A stretch of DNA of 64,000 bases from Bacteroidota bacterium (lineage in GTDB: Bacteria > Bacteroidota > Bacteroidia > JAHEXY01), in contig JAHEXY010000012.1 of the NCBI GenBank assembly GCA_023251875.1, positions 16,111 through 80,110 on the forward strand, read 5' to 3'. The notes below the pieces were generated by a model. It saw only the letters and a list, made by a program, of their open reading frames with translations. It made no database searches and was not told the origin of the DNA. Of this stretch, positions 19,782 through 29,073 are shown in pieces. The translations under genes and the position numbers were made by a program. Position 1 is the first letter of the stretch; the number at the start of each line of letters is the position of its first letter.

Positions 19782-21115
19782 TTAACGGTAATTTTTACTC
19801 GCTTTATTTTTCTTTTGTCGGCCGATTCTATTTTAAATGTAAAATTTGCATATTGTATTTCATCATTTTTTTCAGGAATTTCTCCTTTTAGTTCCAATAT
19901 TAAACCCGCAAGTGTATACGAATCGCCCTTTACTTGCTCAAATACATCTTGGTCAATTCCGGTTATTTTACAAAAATCATTTAAAGGAGTTTTGCCTTCA
20001 AAAATAAAATTATTGGCATCAAGTTTTGAATAAACTAATTCATTATCGTCAAATTCATCATTTATTTCCCCAACAATTTCTTCAATAATATCTTCTAGGG
20101 TTACAATACCTGATGTGCCACCATACTCATCAACAACAACTGCTAAATGCATTTTTTTAGTCTGAAATTCTTTTAGTAAATCATCTAATTTTTTTCTCTC
20201 AGGAACAAAAAAAGGAGCATGTAAAAATTTTTGCCATTCTAAATTGGGCAAGGATTCTAAATAAGGTAATAGATCCTTTATATATAAAATACCGGCTACA
20301 TTATCAAATGTTTCTTTGTATACAGGTATTCTTGAGTGCCCCGATTCTTCTATTTTTTTTAAAACTTCATAAAAAGACTGATCGTAATCAATCGCGTCTA
20401 CGTCCATTCTCGATTTCATAATTTGCCTCACTTCGGTATTACCAAACTTTACAATACCTTTTAACAACCTACGGCCATCTGCTTTTACTTCTTCTTTTGA
20501 AGTTAATTCTAAGGCATGAGAAAGCTCATCTATACTTAAATCATAACCTCTTTGTTTTATCTTTTTATTTATTATTGCAGTTGACTGTATCAACAATACC
20601 GAAATACCGGTAACACGGTAAACTTTACTTAATGCAGCAACAGGAAAGGCTAATATTTTAGCCAATTTTAGTGGATTTTGCGAAGCATATACTTTAGGCA
20701 AAATTTCTCCGAAAATAAGAATGAGAATGGTAACACCAAATACCTCCAGAAAAAAAACAAGGTTAGGATGTAGTACTTTATCTAAAAAATCAGCAATAAC
20801 ATAACTTGATAAAACAACAATGCCAACAATAATTAAATTATGCGTAATAAGTAATGTAGCCAGCAATTGCTTAGGGTTTGATAATTGCTTAAGAATATGC
20901 TTGCTCGCTTTACTTTCTGATTCTTCTAAAAAATTAAGATCAGTTGGAGATAGTGAATAAAAACTTACTTCAGCAGCAGATAACAAAGAAGCACAAAGCA
21001 AAAGAAGCGGAATAAGTAAAATGCTAAAAATTGCTTTAAAGGATATAGACAAGAAAAGCATACCCAATAAATAATGGGGGTCAGTAAAAAAAAACTGCGT
21101 AGCCTCTGTATCCAA
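19778..21115 (-). CDS. gldE: gliding motility-associated protein GldE (DUF21 membrane domain + CBS pair + CorC/HlyC domain)
   Basis: Domain order typical of TlyC/CorC-like GldE, and position upstream of gldD. Confidence 0.7.
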   Translation of the reverse strand: MDTEATQFFFTDPHYLLGMLFLSISFKAIFSILLIPLLLLCASLLSAAEVSFYSLSPTDLNFLEESESKASKHILKQLSNPKQLLATLLITHNLIIVGIVVLSSYVIADFLDKVLHPNLVFFLEVFGVTILILIFGEILPKVYASQNPLKLAKILAFPVAALSKVYRVTGISVLLIQSTAIINKKIKQRGYDLSIDELSHALELTSKEEVKADGRRLLKGIVKFGNTEVRQIMKSRMDVDAIDYDQSFYEVLKKIEESGHSRIPVYKETFDNVAGILYIKDLLPYLESLPNLEWQKFLHAPFFVPERKKLDDLLKEFQTKKMHLAVVVDEYGGTSGIVTLEDIIEEIVGEINDEFDDNELVYSKLDANNFIFEGKTPLNDFCKITGIDQDVFEQVKGDSYTLAGLILELKGEIPEKNDEIQYANFTFKIESADKRKIKRVKITVK

Positions 21116-21156
21116 TTTAAGTATAAATAATTATGTTTCTATAAATAAATAAAAAA

Positions 21157-21180
21157 GTACCATACTTTGCAATATGGTAC
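21157..21180. terminator. hairpin GTACCATA-ctttgcaa-TATGGTAC flanked by A and T runs, downstream of ssb
   Basis: Perfect 8-bp inverted repeat with aaaaaa on the 5' side and ttttatttt on the 3' side. Confidence 0.5.
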
Positions 21181-21214
21181 TTTTATTTTAATAATTTCTC
21201 TAATACACCATTTT

Positions 21215-21646
21215 TTAAAATGGAAGATCATCTGCTGTTCCGGCAGTAGCCACAACAGCCACTTCTGCTTCTTTATAAACAGGAGATTCTTCTTGAGTTT
21301 GTGTATTACCATCTTTACGGCCACCCAACATAGTCATGTTATCAGCAACTATTTCTGTAGTATATCGTTTGTTTCCATCTTTATCTTCCCAAGAACGAGT
21401 CTTTAGTTTTCCTTCAATAAAAACAGATTGACCTTTACGTAAATATTTTTCTGCAATATCAGCAAGCCCTCTCCATAATACAATATTATGCCATTCGGTA
21501 TTCTCAACCTTTTGGCCTTCTTTATTTTTGTATGATTCTGTTGTTGCTAATGGAAAATTAGCTACTGTAGCACCATTTTCGAGATGACGAACTTCAGGAT
21601 CCTTTCCTAAGTTTCCGATTAAAATTACTTTGTTAACTCCAGCCAT
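21215..21646 (-). CDS. ssb: single-stranded DNA-binding protein
   Basis: OB-fold N-terminus [13 protein letters not shown] and an acidic C-terminal DDLPF tail. Confidence 0.9.
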   Translation of the reverse strand: MAGVNKVILIGNLGKDPEVRHLENGATVANFPLATTESYKNKEGQKVENTEWHNIVLWRGLADIAEKYLRKGQSVFIEGKLKTRSWEDKDGNKRYTTEIVADNMTMLGGRKDGNTQTQEESPVYKEAEVAVVATAGTADDLPF

Positions 21647-21735
21647 TGTAGTATAAATTAAAATGTAAATAAATAGTTTATGGAGAGCTAATGTAATTAT
21701 ATATCTCTAAAATCACAAGATTAAGTTGTTAGCCT

Positions 21736-22791
21736 TTATTTACGAGTTATTAACATAAGATAATTGGCAATTAAAATGGGAAAAGCAAATTCTCCAATAC
21801 GTTCTTTATAAATAATTTGATATTTTGAATGATAAAAATTTTCAAAATCCTTTAATTCAATGTTTATAAAATAAGACTCAATAGTTTGATGCGAAAGCTT
21901 ATGAGTATGCCGTTGAGAAGCACTTTTTATAGTAAATGTTTGTTTGGAATTTAAAATTGTTTTTTTGAATTGTAAAATAGCCTCCTCAATTGAAATTTCA
22001 TTTTGCAATTCAATAAGTGGCAAATCATATAAGCCCTGCCAAATATCTTTTTCTGTTCGTTTATGAATTACTATTTTATTTTTACTATTAATCAAAAAGT
22101 AAAAAAAGTAACGCTTTTTAATTTTTAGTTTTTTTAATTTAACCGGCAAACTTTCTTGAACACTATTATTATAGGCATAACAAGTTTGTTGTATGCAACA
22201 ATTACTACACTGCGGATTTTTAGGTGTACATACCATTGCCCCTAATTCCATTAATGCTTGATTAAAAACTCCGGGCTTTTGTTTATCTAATATTTCATTG
22301 GCTAAAGCATAAAATTCTTTTTTTCCTTTTGATGTATCAATGGGTGTTTCAATATTATAATAGCGAGAAAGTACACGATACACATTTCCATCAACAACAG
22401 CATGCGCCTTATTATAAGCAATAGAAGCAATAGCAGCAGCAGTATAATCTCCAATGCCTTTTAAAGCAATAATATCCTCATATGATATTGGAAAATTCCC
22501 TTTATACTCTTTTACAATTTGTTTAGCTGCAGCATGCATATTACGAGCTCTTGAATAGTACCCCAAACCTTGCCAAACCCTTAATACTTTATCTTCATTT
22601 GCCCGAGCAAGCGAAAAAACATCCGGAAAGTTTTCAATAAATTTTTCATAATACGCTATACCCTGATTCACTCTTGTTTGTTGAAGTATAACTTCTGAAA
22701 TCCATATATAATAAGGATTTGAAGTATTTCTCCAAGGCAAATCTCTTTTGTTTTTAGTGTACCAGCTTATAATTTCTTTTGAAAAATTCAT
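21736..22791 (-). CDS. mutY: A/G-specific adenine DNA glycosylase
   Basis: HhH-GPD region (LPWR...PY.IW.SE.ILQQT), a Cys cluster (CTPKNPQCSNCC) and a C-terminal NUDIX-like domain. Confidence 0.85.
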   Translation of the reverse strand: MNFSKEIISWYTKNKRDLPWRNTSNPYYIWISEVILQQTRVNQGIAYYEKFIENFPDVFSLARANEDKVLRVWQGLGYYSRARNMHAAAKQIVKEYKGNFPISYEDIIALKGIGDYTAAAIASIAYNKAHAVVDGNVYRVLSRYYNIETPIDTSKGKKEFYALANEILDKQKPGVFNQALMELGAMVCTPKNPQCSNCCIQQTCYAYNNSVQESLPVKLKKLKIKKRYFFYFLINSKNKIVIHKRTEKDIWQGLYDLPLIELQNEISIEEAILQFKKTILNSKQTFTIKSASQRHTHKLSHQTIESYFINIELKDFENFYHSKYQIIYKERIGEFAFPILIANYLMLITRK

Positions 22792-22940
22792 GAATTGTTT
22801 ATATAAGTTGCTTTATGTCAATAAGTATTTTGTAAAAATAGTGTAAATAATATTTTGGTATTTAATTATTTGCCATATATTTGCCAAAGATATATGTGCA
22901 TACATTAATCAAACAATTAATTCTAAAACAATATATTGCC

Positions 22941-23234
22941 ATGACAAAAGCAGAAATCGTAACAGAAATTTCCGAAAAAACAGGAGTTGAAAAAGTAGCT
23001 GTACAAGCCGCTATTGAAGCTTTTATGAAATCGGTAAAATCATCACTAGTTGGTGGAAAAAATGTTTATTTAAGAGGATTTGGTAGTTTTATAGTAAAGA
23101 AAAGAGCTCAAAAAACAGGGCGTAATATTTCTAAAAATACTACTATTATTATTCCTGAACATTTTGTTCCTGCATTTAAGCCGGCTAAAACCTTTGTAAA
23201 TAAGGTAAAAGACGGAATAAAAAAGAAGGGATAA
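22941..23234 (+). CDS. hup: HU-family DNA-binding protein
   Basis: MTKAEIVTEISEKTGVEK...GFGSF matches the HU/IHF fold. The start was set at the internal Met. Confidence 0.85.
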   Translation: MTKAEIVTEISEKTGVEKVAVQAAIEAFMKSVKSSLVGGKNVYLRGFGSFIVKKRAQKTGRNISKNTTIIIPEHFVPAFKPAKTFVNKVKDGIKKKG

Positions 23235-23243
23235 TTTTTTGTA

Positions 23244-24086
23244 ATGACAAGATATAAGTATCAATTACTTGTCATTGCTGCTTCTTTTGTTTTGCTGGGA
23301 ATATTATACTTGTTCCCCAACAAGCCTAAACATGTAGCTGAAACTATTCCTGCAGATGCCCACTCTGCAGGAATGGTTGCTTATGTTGATATTGTAAATG
23401 CTGAGAAAAAAGCGTTAGGCGAAAAAAATCAAGACTTAGCAAAAACTCTTCAAGTATTAGAAGCTAAACTTAGTGATACTGTACCTGAAAAAGAAAAAGT
23501 TATACTCATCGATTCTCTTTCTCGTCTTTGTTTGTATGCATCTCCTCTCCTATCAGCAGATTATTGTTTTCAAAAATCACAAATCTCTCATCAGGCTATT
23601 GATATGCTTAAAGCGGGCGATTTTTTCATGCGTGCAGCTGAGTTGGTAGAAAGTAATGCTCATCAAGCCATTATTAATAAAGCTATTGAATCTTTAGAGG
23701 GTGCTAATGCCATAGATTCTTCTAATGCAGATATTAAAGTAAGCCTAGCCAGTGCCTATGTTGAAAGCGGTTCTAATCCAATGAAAGGAATTATGTTGCT
23801 ACGAGAAGTTGCAGCAAAACATCCCGATAATATTGCAGCTCAATATAATTTAGGTCTTTTTTCAATAAAATCAAGACAATTTGATAAGGCTGTAAGCCGC
23901 TTTAATAAAGTACTAGAACTGGATTCAACTTATTACCAAGCTTACTTTTATCTTGGCCAATGTGCATTAGAATTAGGAAATAAACAAGAAGCTATTGAAA
24001 AATTCAAGCATTATCAGTACCTTTGCACCGATTCAATAGAAAAGCAGAATATTCATCAATACATAAATAAATTATTAACAACATAA
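23244..24086 (+). CDS. TPR-repeat protein with N-terminal membrane anchor
   Basis: Transmembrane helix followed by TPR-like helical repeats (AQYNLGLF..., AYFYLGQCALELGN). Confidence 0.55.
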   Translation: MTRYKYQLLVIAASFVLLGILYLFPNKPKHVAETIPADAHSAGMVAYVDIVNAEKKALGEKNQDLAKTLQVLEAKLSDTVPEKEKVILIDSLSRLCLYASPLLSADYCFQKSQISHQAIDMLKAGDFFMRAAELVESNAHQAIINKAIESLEGANAIDSSNADIKVSLASAYVESGSNPMKGIMLLREVAAKHPDNIAAQYNLGLFSIKSRQFDKAVSRFNKVLELDSTYYQAYFYLGQCALELGNKQEAIEKFKHYQYLCTDSIEKQNIHQYINKLLTT

Positions 24087-24099
24087 TCTTGTAAGAATC

Positions 24100-24195
24100 A
24101 TGCCTTGCGGAAAAAAAAGAAAGAGACATAAAATGTCAACCCATAAACGTAAAAAACGTCTCAGAAATAATCGCCATAAGAAAAAACTCAGATAA
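24100..24195 (+). CDS. very small, highly basic protein (31 aa, or 20 aa from the internal Met), possibly a bS22-like ribosomal protein
   Basis: MPCGKKRKRHKMSTHKRKKRLRNNRHKKKLR, followed by a terminator-like hairpin. It is absent from the ORF track because it is under 60 aa. Confidence 0.35.
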   Translation: MPCGKKRKRHKMSTHKRKKRLRNNRHKKKLR

Positions 24196-24204
24196 AACTC
24201 CTTT

Positions 24205-24236
24205 AGGCTAAACTCCTAGTAAATTTAGTTTAGTTT
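24205..24236 (+). terminator. Rho-independent terminator-like hairpin CTAAACT...AGTTTAG followed by TTTTC
   Basis: 7-bp stem and 11-nt loop directly after the small basic ORF. Confidence 0.45.
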
Positions 24237-24307
24237 TCATCTAATGCATTCCATTATATATTTTTATAGTGGTGCATTGGTTTTATATCACGTTTTAAAT
24301 TTCAATT

Positions 24308-25864
24308 GTGACCAGTGAGTTAATTATCAATTCAACTTCAGAAGAAGTTGTTATTGCTTTATTACAAGATAAGCGCTTAATAGAGCTTACTCATGAAAGT
24401 AATAACAAAGATTTTTCTGTTGGAGATATATTTTTAGGTAAGGTTAAAAAAATTGACCCTGCCCATAATGCTGCATTTATAAGCATCGGTCATGAAAAAG
24501 ATGCCTTTTTGCATTATCATGATTTAGGCCCACAAATTAGATCCTTAAATAAATTTACTCAAGAATTTATTTCAGGTCAACAAAAGCATGCTTCGCTCAG
24601 GTATTTTCAACTCTTACCCGATACCGATAAACATGGAAAAATTTCTGAAGTACTAACTTCAGGAAATGCAATAATGGTTCAAGTAGTGAAAGAACCTATT
24701 TCAACAAAGGGGCCAAGAATTACTTCTGAAGTTTGTTTAGCAGGCAGGTATCTTGTTTTGATTCCATTTTCTGAACGTGTTTCTGTATCTCAAAAAATTA
24801 AAAGCAAAGAAGAAAAAGACCGATTAGTAGCCTTAATTGAAAGTATAAGGCCTAAAAATTTTGGTGTTATCATACGCACAGTTGCTGCTGATATGCCGGT
24901 TGCCGAATTAGATGCTGATTTAAAAGAATTATCACAACGATGGAAAGATTGCTGCGATAGAATAAAGGCAAATGAAATACCTTCTAAACTATTAGGAGAA
25001 ATGAGTAGAACCAATGTTGTATTGAGAGATATGCTCAATGCATCATTTAATAAAATATACGTTAACGATTCTCTCATGTTTGAAGAGATCAAAAATTATA
25101 TAAAAGTGATTGCACCAGAAAAAGAAAAAATAGTTGAATTATATAAAAAGCCCGCTGCCATTTTTGAAAACTTTGGAGTTGAAAATCAAATTAAAGGTTT
25201 GTTTGGAAAAAATGTGACTTTAAAAAGTGGAGCTTACCTTATTATTGAGCATACAGAAGCTATGCATGTTGTTGATGTTAATAGCGGTGGTCGCTCAAAA
25301 TCCGGATCTGATCAAGAAAGCAATGCATTACAAGTAAATCTTGAAGCGGCAAAAGAAATTGCTCGCCAGCTTAGATTACGAGATATGGGAGGCATTATAG
25401 TAGTTGATTTTATTGATATGCGATTACCCAATAATCGTAAACTGTTATTTGATACGCTTAGAGATGAAATGAAATTGGATAGAGCCAAACATAAAATTTT
25501 ACCTCCAAGCCGTTTTGGAATTATTCAAATTACAAGAGAAAGAGTAAGACCCGTTACCAATATTAATGTGGTTGAAAAATGTTCAGCCTGTATGGGTACA
25601 GGAGAGGCCAAACCAAGTATTTTACTAATTGACGATATTGAAAACAGAATCAATTATCTTTTTAAAGATCAAAACGAAAAAGGATTAACACTTCAGGTAC
25701 ATCCCTATGTTAAGGCATATATTACCAGAGGATTAGTATCAATACAACTAAAATGGTATTTTAAATACAAACGTTGGATAAAAATAAAAGCCGAAAGCCG
25801 TTATCATTTTCTTGAATACAATTTCTTAAACGAAAGAAACGAAGAAATAAAAGTTGGGGGATAG
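24308..25864 (+). CDS. rng: Rne/Rng-family ribonuclease (RNase G-like); apparent GTG start
   Basis: S1 domain followed by the RNase E/G catalytic core (GGIIVVDFIDM...). Confidence 0.8.
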   Translation: MTSELIINSTSEEVVIALLQDKRLIELTHESNNKDFSVGDIFLGKVKKIDPAHNAAFISIGHEKDAFLHYHDLGPQIRSLNKFTQEFISGQQKHASLRYFQLLPDTDKHGKISEVLTSGNAIMVQVVKEPISTKGPRITSEVCLAGRYLVLIPFSERVSVSQKIKSKEEKDRLVALIESIRPKNFGVIIRTVAADMPVAELDADLKELSQRWKDCCDRIKANEIPSKLLGEMSRTNVVLRDMLNASFNKIYVNDSLMFEEIKNYIKVIAPEKEKIVELYKKPAAIFENFGVENQIKGLFGKNVTLKSGAYLIIEHTEAMHVVDVNSGGRSKSGSDQESNALQVNLEAAKEIARQLRLRDMGGIIVVDFIDMRLPNNRKLLFDTLRDEMKLDRAKHKILPPSRFGIIQITRERVRPVTNINVVEKCSACMGTGEAKPSILLIDDIENRINYLFKDQNEKGLTLQVHPYVKAYITRGLVSIQLKWYFKYKRWIKIKAESRYHFLEYNFLNERNEEIKVGG

Positions 25865-25872
25865 AATATTAA

Positions 25873-27993
25873 TTGGCAATTTTAGAAATAATGAAATCAG
25901 CCAAATCAATTCGATATAGCATCTACAATTTTTTTCTTGTTTTTTGTTTTACATTTATTTCTGCCTTTTCTTTTTCACAACAAAGCAAGATAGACTCTTT
26001 ACTTACCAATCTTAAAGTTGTTACAACCGATACTTCTCGTGTAAATACCTTAATTGAATTGGCAAATACATATTATCTCTCTGTTCCATCAAAAGCAATG
26101 GAATATTCACTACAAGCAAGGGATCTTTCAAAAAAAATAAACTTTAAAAAGGGACTATCCAATTCCTATGGTTTTCTAGGTTATTTATATCAACAAAAGG
26201 GCGAAATAAATGAAGCACTAAATTATTCAAAATTAAGTTTAGAAATATTTGAAGAGCTTAACGATAAAAAAAATACCGCTCAAATTCTCAATAATATTGG
26301 TTTTATGTATATGAACCTTGGGCAAGTAAAAAATGCCTTAGAATATTATGATAGAAGTTTAAAAATAAGAGAAGCCACAAATGATAAAGCAGGTATTGCA
26401 AACTCATTAAATAATATGGGTATGGTATATAGAAATCAAAACCAACTCGAAGATGCATTAAATTATTACCAAAGAAGCCTAAGAATAAGAACTGAAATTA
26501 ATGATAAAAAAGGTATTGCAACATGCTTTAGTAATATTGGCGGCATTTATAAAAATGAAAATAAAATAAAAGAGTCTTTAAATTATTATTTAAGAAGTTT
26601 AGAAATACGCGAATCAATAAATGATATATGGGGCATTGTTAATTCATTAAATAATATTGGGATAATTTATTTGGAACTAGGACAAATTGAAGAAGCGCTG
26701 TATAATCATCAAAAAGCATTAAATCTTGCCAAGAAAATAAATGATAAAGACGAAATTGTATGGACGTATTATAACCTTGGTGGAGTTTATTATGCTCAAA
26801 AAAAGTATGTACTTGCATTTAATTATTGCGATAGCTCGCTTAGGCTTTCAAAAGAAATTGGTTTCCCGGAAGATATTCGTAATGCAGAATATTTATTTTC
26901 AAAAATTGATTCTGCGAGAGGCAATTTATTGGGCGCACTACAACACTATAAACAATATGTTTTTTATACAGATAGTTTAAGCAATGAAGAATCACGAAGT
27001 GCAGCTCTTAAAAAACAATTGCAATATGAATATGAAAAAAAAGAAGCTACAACAGAAGCAGAACATGAAAAACAAGCTGCAATTGCATTAGCTGAAAATA
27101 GACGACAACAGCTTTTTGTGTGGTTGCTATTTGCTATTATAATAGGAATAGGCACCGTAGCTTTTGTATCCTTTCGTTCATTACGAATTACTAAACGCCA
27201 AAAAGTAATTATTGAACATAAAAGTAAAGTGATAGAAAAAAAGCAACAAGAAATGATTGATTCTATAACCTATGCAAAACGACTACAAGAAGCCATATTA
27301 CCGCCTATTTCATTAATAAAAACACATTTACCCAACAGTTTTGTCTTATATAAACCCAAAGACATTGTTGCCGGAGATTTTTACTGGATGGAGGTTATCG
27401 ACAATATTATTTTTATAGCTGCTGCTGATTGCACCGGCCATGGTGTTCCGGGAGCAATGGTAAGTGTTGTTTGTAGTAATGCTTTAAACCGAACTATAAA
27501 TGAATTTGGTATCAGAGATACCGGAAAAATTCTTGATAAAGTAACTACTCTTGTTTTAGAAACATTTGAAAAAAGCAGCTCAGATGTAAAAGACGGAATG
27601 GATATTTCTCTTCTTGCAATAAATAAAATAACCAAACAAATACAATGGAGTGGCGCAAATAATCCATTATGGTATTTTAAAAATAATGAGATAATAAAAA
27701 TAAAGGCCGATAAACAACCTATTGGAAAATATGATTTCCGAAAACCATTTACAACAAATAATATTGAATATGCTGAAAACTCAATGTACTATTTATTTAC
27801 GGATGGGTTTACCGATCAATTTGGAGGGCAAGAAGGAAAAAAATATATGTACAAACGATTTGTTGAAAAATTACTGTCTATAAATAGTTTATCTTTAAAT
27901 TCACAAAAAGAAAAATTAGAGATGGAATTTATTGATTGGAAGGGAGATTTAGAACAAGTAGATGACATAACTGTAATTGGAATAAAAATATAA
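25873..27993 (+). CDS. TPR-repeat sensor with transmembrane helix and C-terminal PP2C/SpoIIE phosphatase domain
   Basis: Signal peptide, about 8 TPR units (NIGFMYMNLGQ..., LNNMGMVYRNQ...), one transmembrane helix, and a SpoIIE domain with GDFYW, DCTGHGVPGA and DDITVIGIKI. Confidence 0.75.
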   Translation: MAILEIMKSAKSIRYSIYNFFLVFCFTFISAFSFSQQSKIDSLLTNLKVVTTDTSRVNTLIELANTYYLSVPSKAMEYSLQARDLSKKINFKKGLSNSYGFLGYLYQQKGEINEALNYSKLSLEIFEELNDKKNTAQILNNIGFMYMNLGQVKNALEYYDRSLKIREATNDKAGIANSLNNMGMVYRNQNQLEDALNYYQRSLRIRTEINDKKGIATCFSNIGGIYKNENKIKESLNYYLRSLEIRESINDIWGIVNSLNNIGIIYLELGQIEEALYNHQKALNLAKKINDKDEIVWTYYNLGGVYYAQKKYVLAFNYCDSSLRLSKEIGFPEDIRNAEYLFSKIDSARGNLLGALQHYKQYVFYTDSLSNEESRSAALKKQLQYEYEKKEATTEAEHEKQAAIALAENRRQQLFVWLLFAIIIGIGTVAFVSFRSLRITKRQKVIIEHKSKVIEKKQQEMIDSITYAKRLQEAILPPISLIKTHLPNSFVLYKPKDIVAGDFYWMEVIDNIIFIAAADCTGHGVPGAMVSVVCSNALNRTINEFGIRDTGKILDKVTTLVLETFEKSSSDVKDGMDISLLAINKITKQIQWSGANNPLWYFKNNEIIKIKADKQPIGKYDFRKPFTTNNIEYAENSMYYLFTDGFTDQFGGQEGKKYMYKRFVEKLLSINSLSLNSQKEKLEMEFIDWKGDLEQVDDITVIGIKI

Positions 27994-28004
27994 TTATTAG
28001 AAAC

Positions 28005-28568
28005 ATGTTAGAATTAAATTTTCACCCATTTCCTATTTTAGAAACACAAAGATTACTTCTCAAACAAATTACCAGTATTGATACCCGTGATTTATTTGCC
28101 TTACGTAGCAATATGAAAGTGATGAAATTTGTAAAAAGACCAATTGCAAAATCTATTGATGAAATTAATGAGCTACTCCAAAAAATAAATACCAATTGGC
28201 AAAATAATAATGGGAATCAATGGGGAATTACCATAAAAAACAGTCCACAATTAATTGGCGTTATTGGCTACCATAGAATAGAAAAAGAGCATTACAGAGC
28301 CGAAATAGGTTATATGTTAAACGATGATTATTGGAATAAAGGAATAACCAACGAAGCCATACAAGCTGTTATTCATTATGGATTTATGCAAATGAAGCTT
28401 CATAGTATTGAAGCCCACATTGATCCTGATAATTTTATTTCAAGCAAAGTATTACTGAAACAGGGTTTTATTAAAGAAGCTTATTTAAAGGAAAACTTTT
28501 TCTTTAACGGAGAATTTTTAGATACTGAAATATATTCTTTATTAAAATCCAATTACCAATTAAAATGA
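28005..28568 (+). CDS. GNAT-family N-acetyltransferase (RimJ/RimL-like)
   Basis: Acetyl-CoA-binding GNAT core motifs. Confidence 0.7.
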   Translation: MLELNFHPFPILETQRLLLKQITSIDTRDLFALRSNMKVMKFVKRPIAKSIDEINELLQKINTNWQNNNGNQWGITIKNSPQLIGVIGYHRIEKEHYRAEIGYMLNDDYWNKGITNEAIQAVIHYGFMQMKLHSIEAHIDPDNFISSKVLLKQGFIKEAYLKENFFFNGEFLDTEIYSLLKSNYQLK

Positions 28569-29032
28569 AACAATATTTAATAGATACTTTTAAATACAAT
28601 GATTGGGCCAATAGAAAATTATTGATTTCAATTAAACAACTTCCCGATACAAATGAATCTATAAAACTTTTCAGCCATCTTATTACTTCTCAAAATAAAT
28701 GGATGAATAGAATTGTAAATAAAATAGCGGATACTGAACTTTCATGGTTTGGACCACTATTTTCAGTAGAAGAACTAGAAAATAAATGGACAGAAAGTAT
28801 AAACAATTGGATAGCCTATTTAGAAAAAGTTGAGACCTTAGAACTTGAAAAAGACATCATTTTTAAACGCGCTACCGATGGCAAAAATTTAAGTGTAAAA
28901 GTTCGTGAAATTGCATTACAGTTAAACTATCATTCCATTCATCATAGAGCGCAAATAAACCGTATTATTCGTCAACAAGGTTTAACACCCCCTTCTACTG
29001 ATTATATCCATACCGTTTTAAAAGAAGCATAA
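28565..29032 (+). CDS. DinB/YfiT-like four-helix-bundle protein
   Basis: YNDWANRKLL N-terminus and His-containing helices (HLITSQNKW, HSIHHRAQI). Confidence 0.65.
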   Translation: MKQYLIDTFKYNDWANRKLLISIKQLPDTNESIKLFSHLITSQNKWMNRIVNKIADTELSWFGPLFSVEELENKWTESINNWIAYLEKVETLELEKDIIFKRATDGKNLSVKVREIALQLNYHSIHHRAQINRIIRQQGLTPPSTDYIHTVLKEA

Positions 29033-29073
29033 AGATTTTTTTGTTTGCCCATACTAAGCACATTTGAAACACC

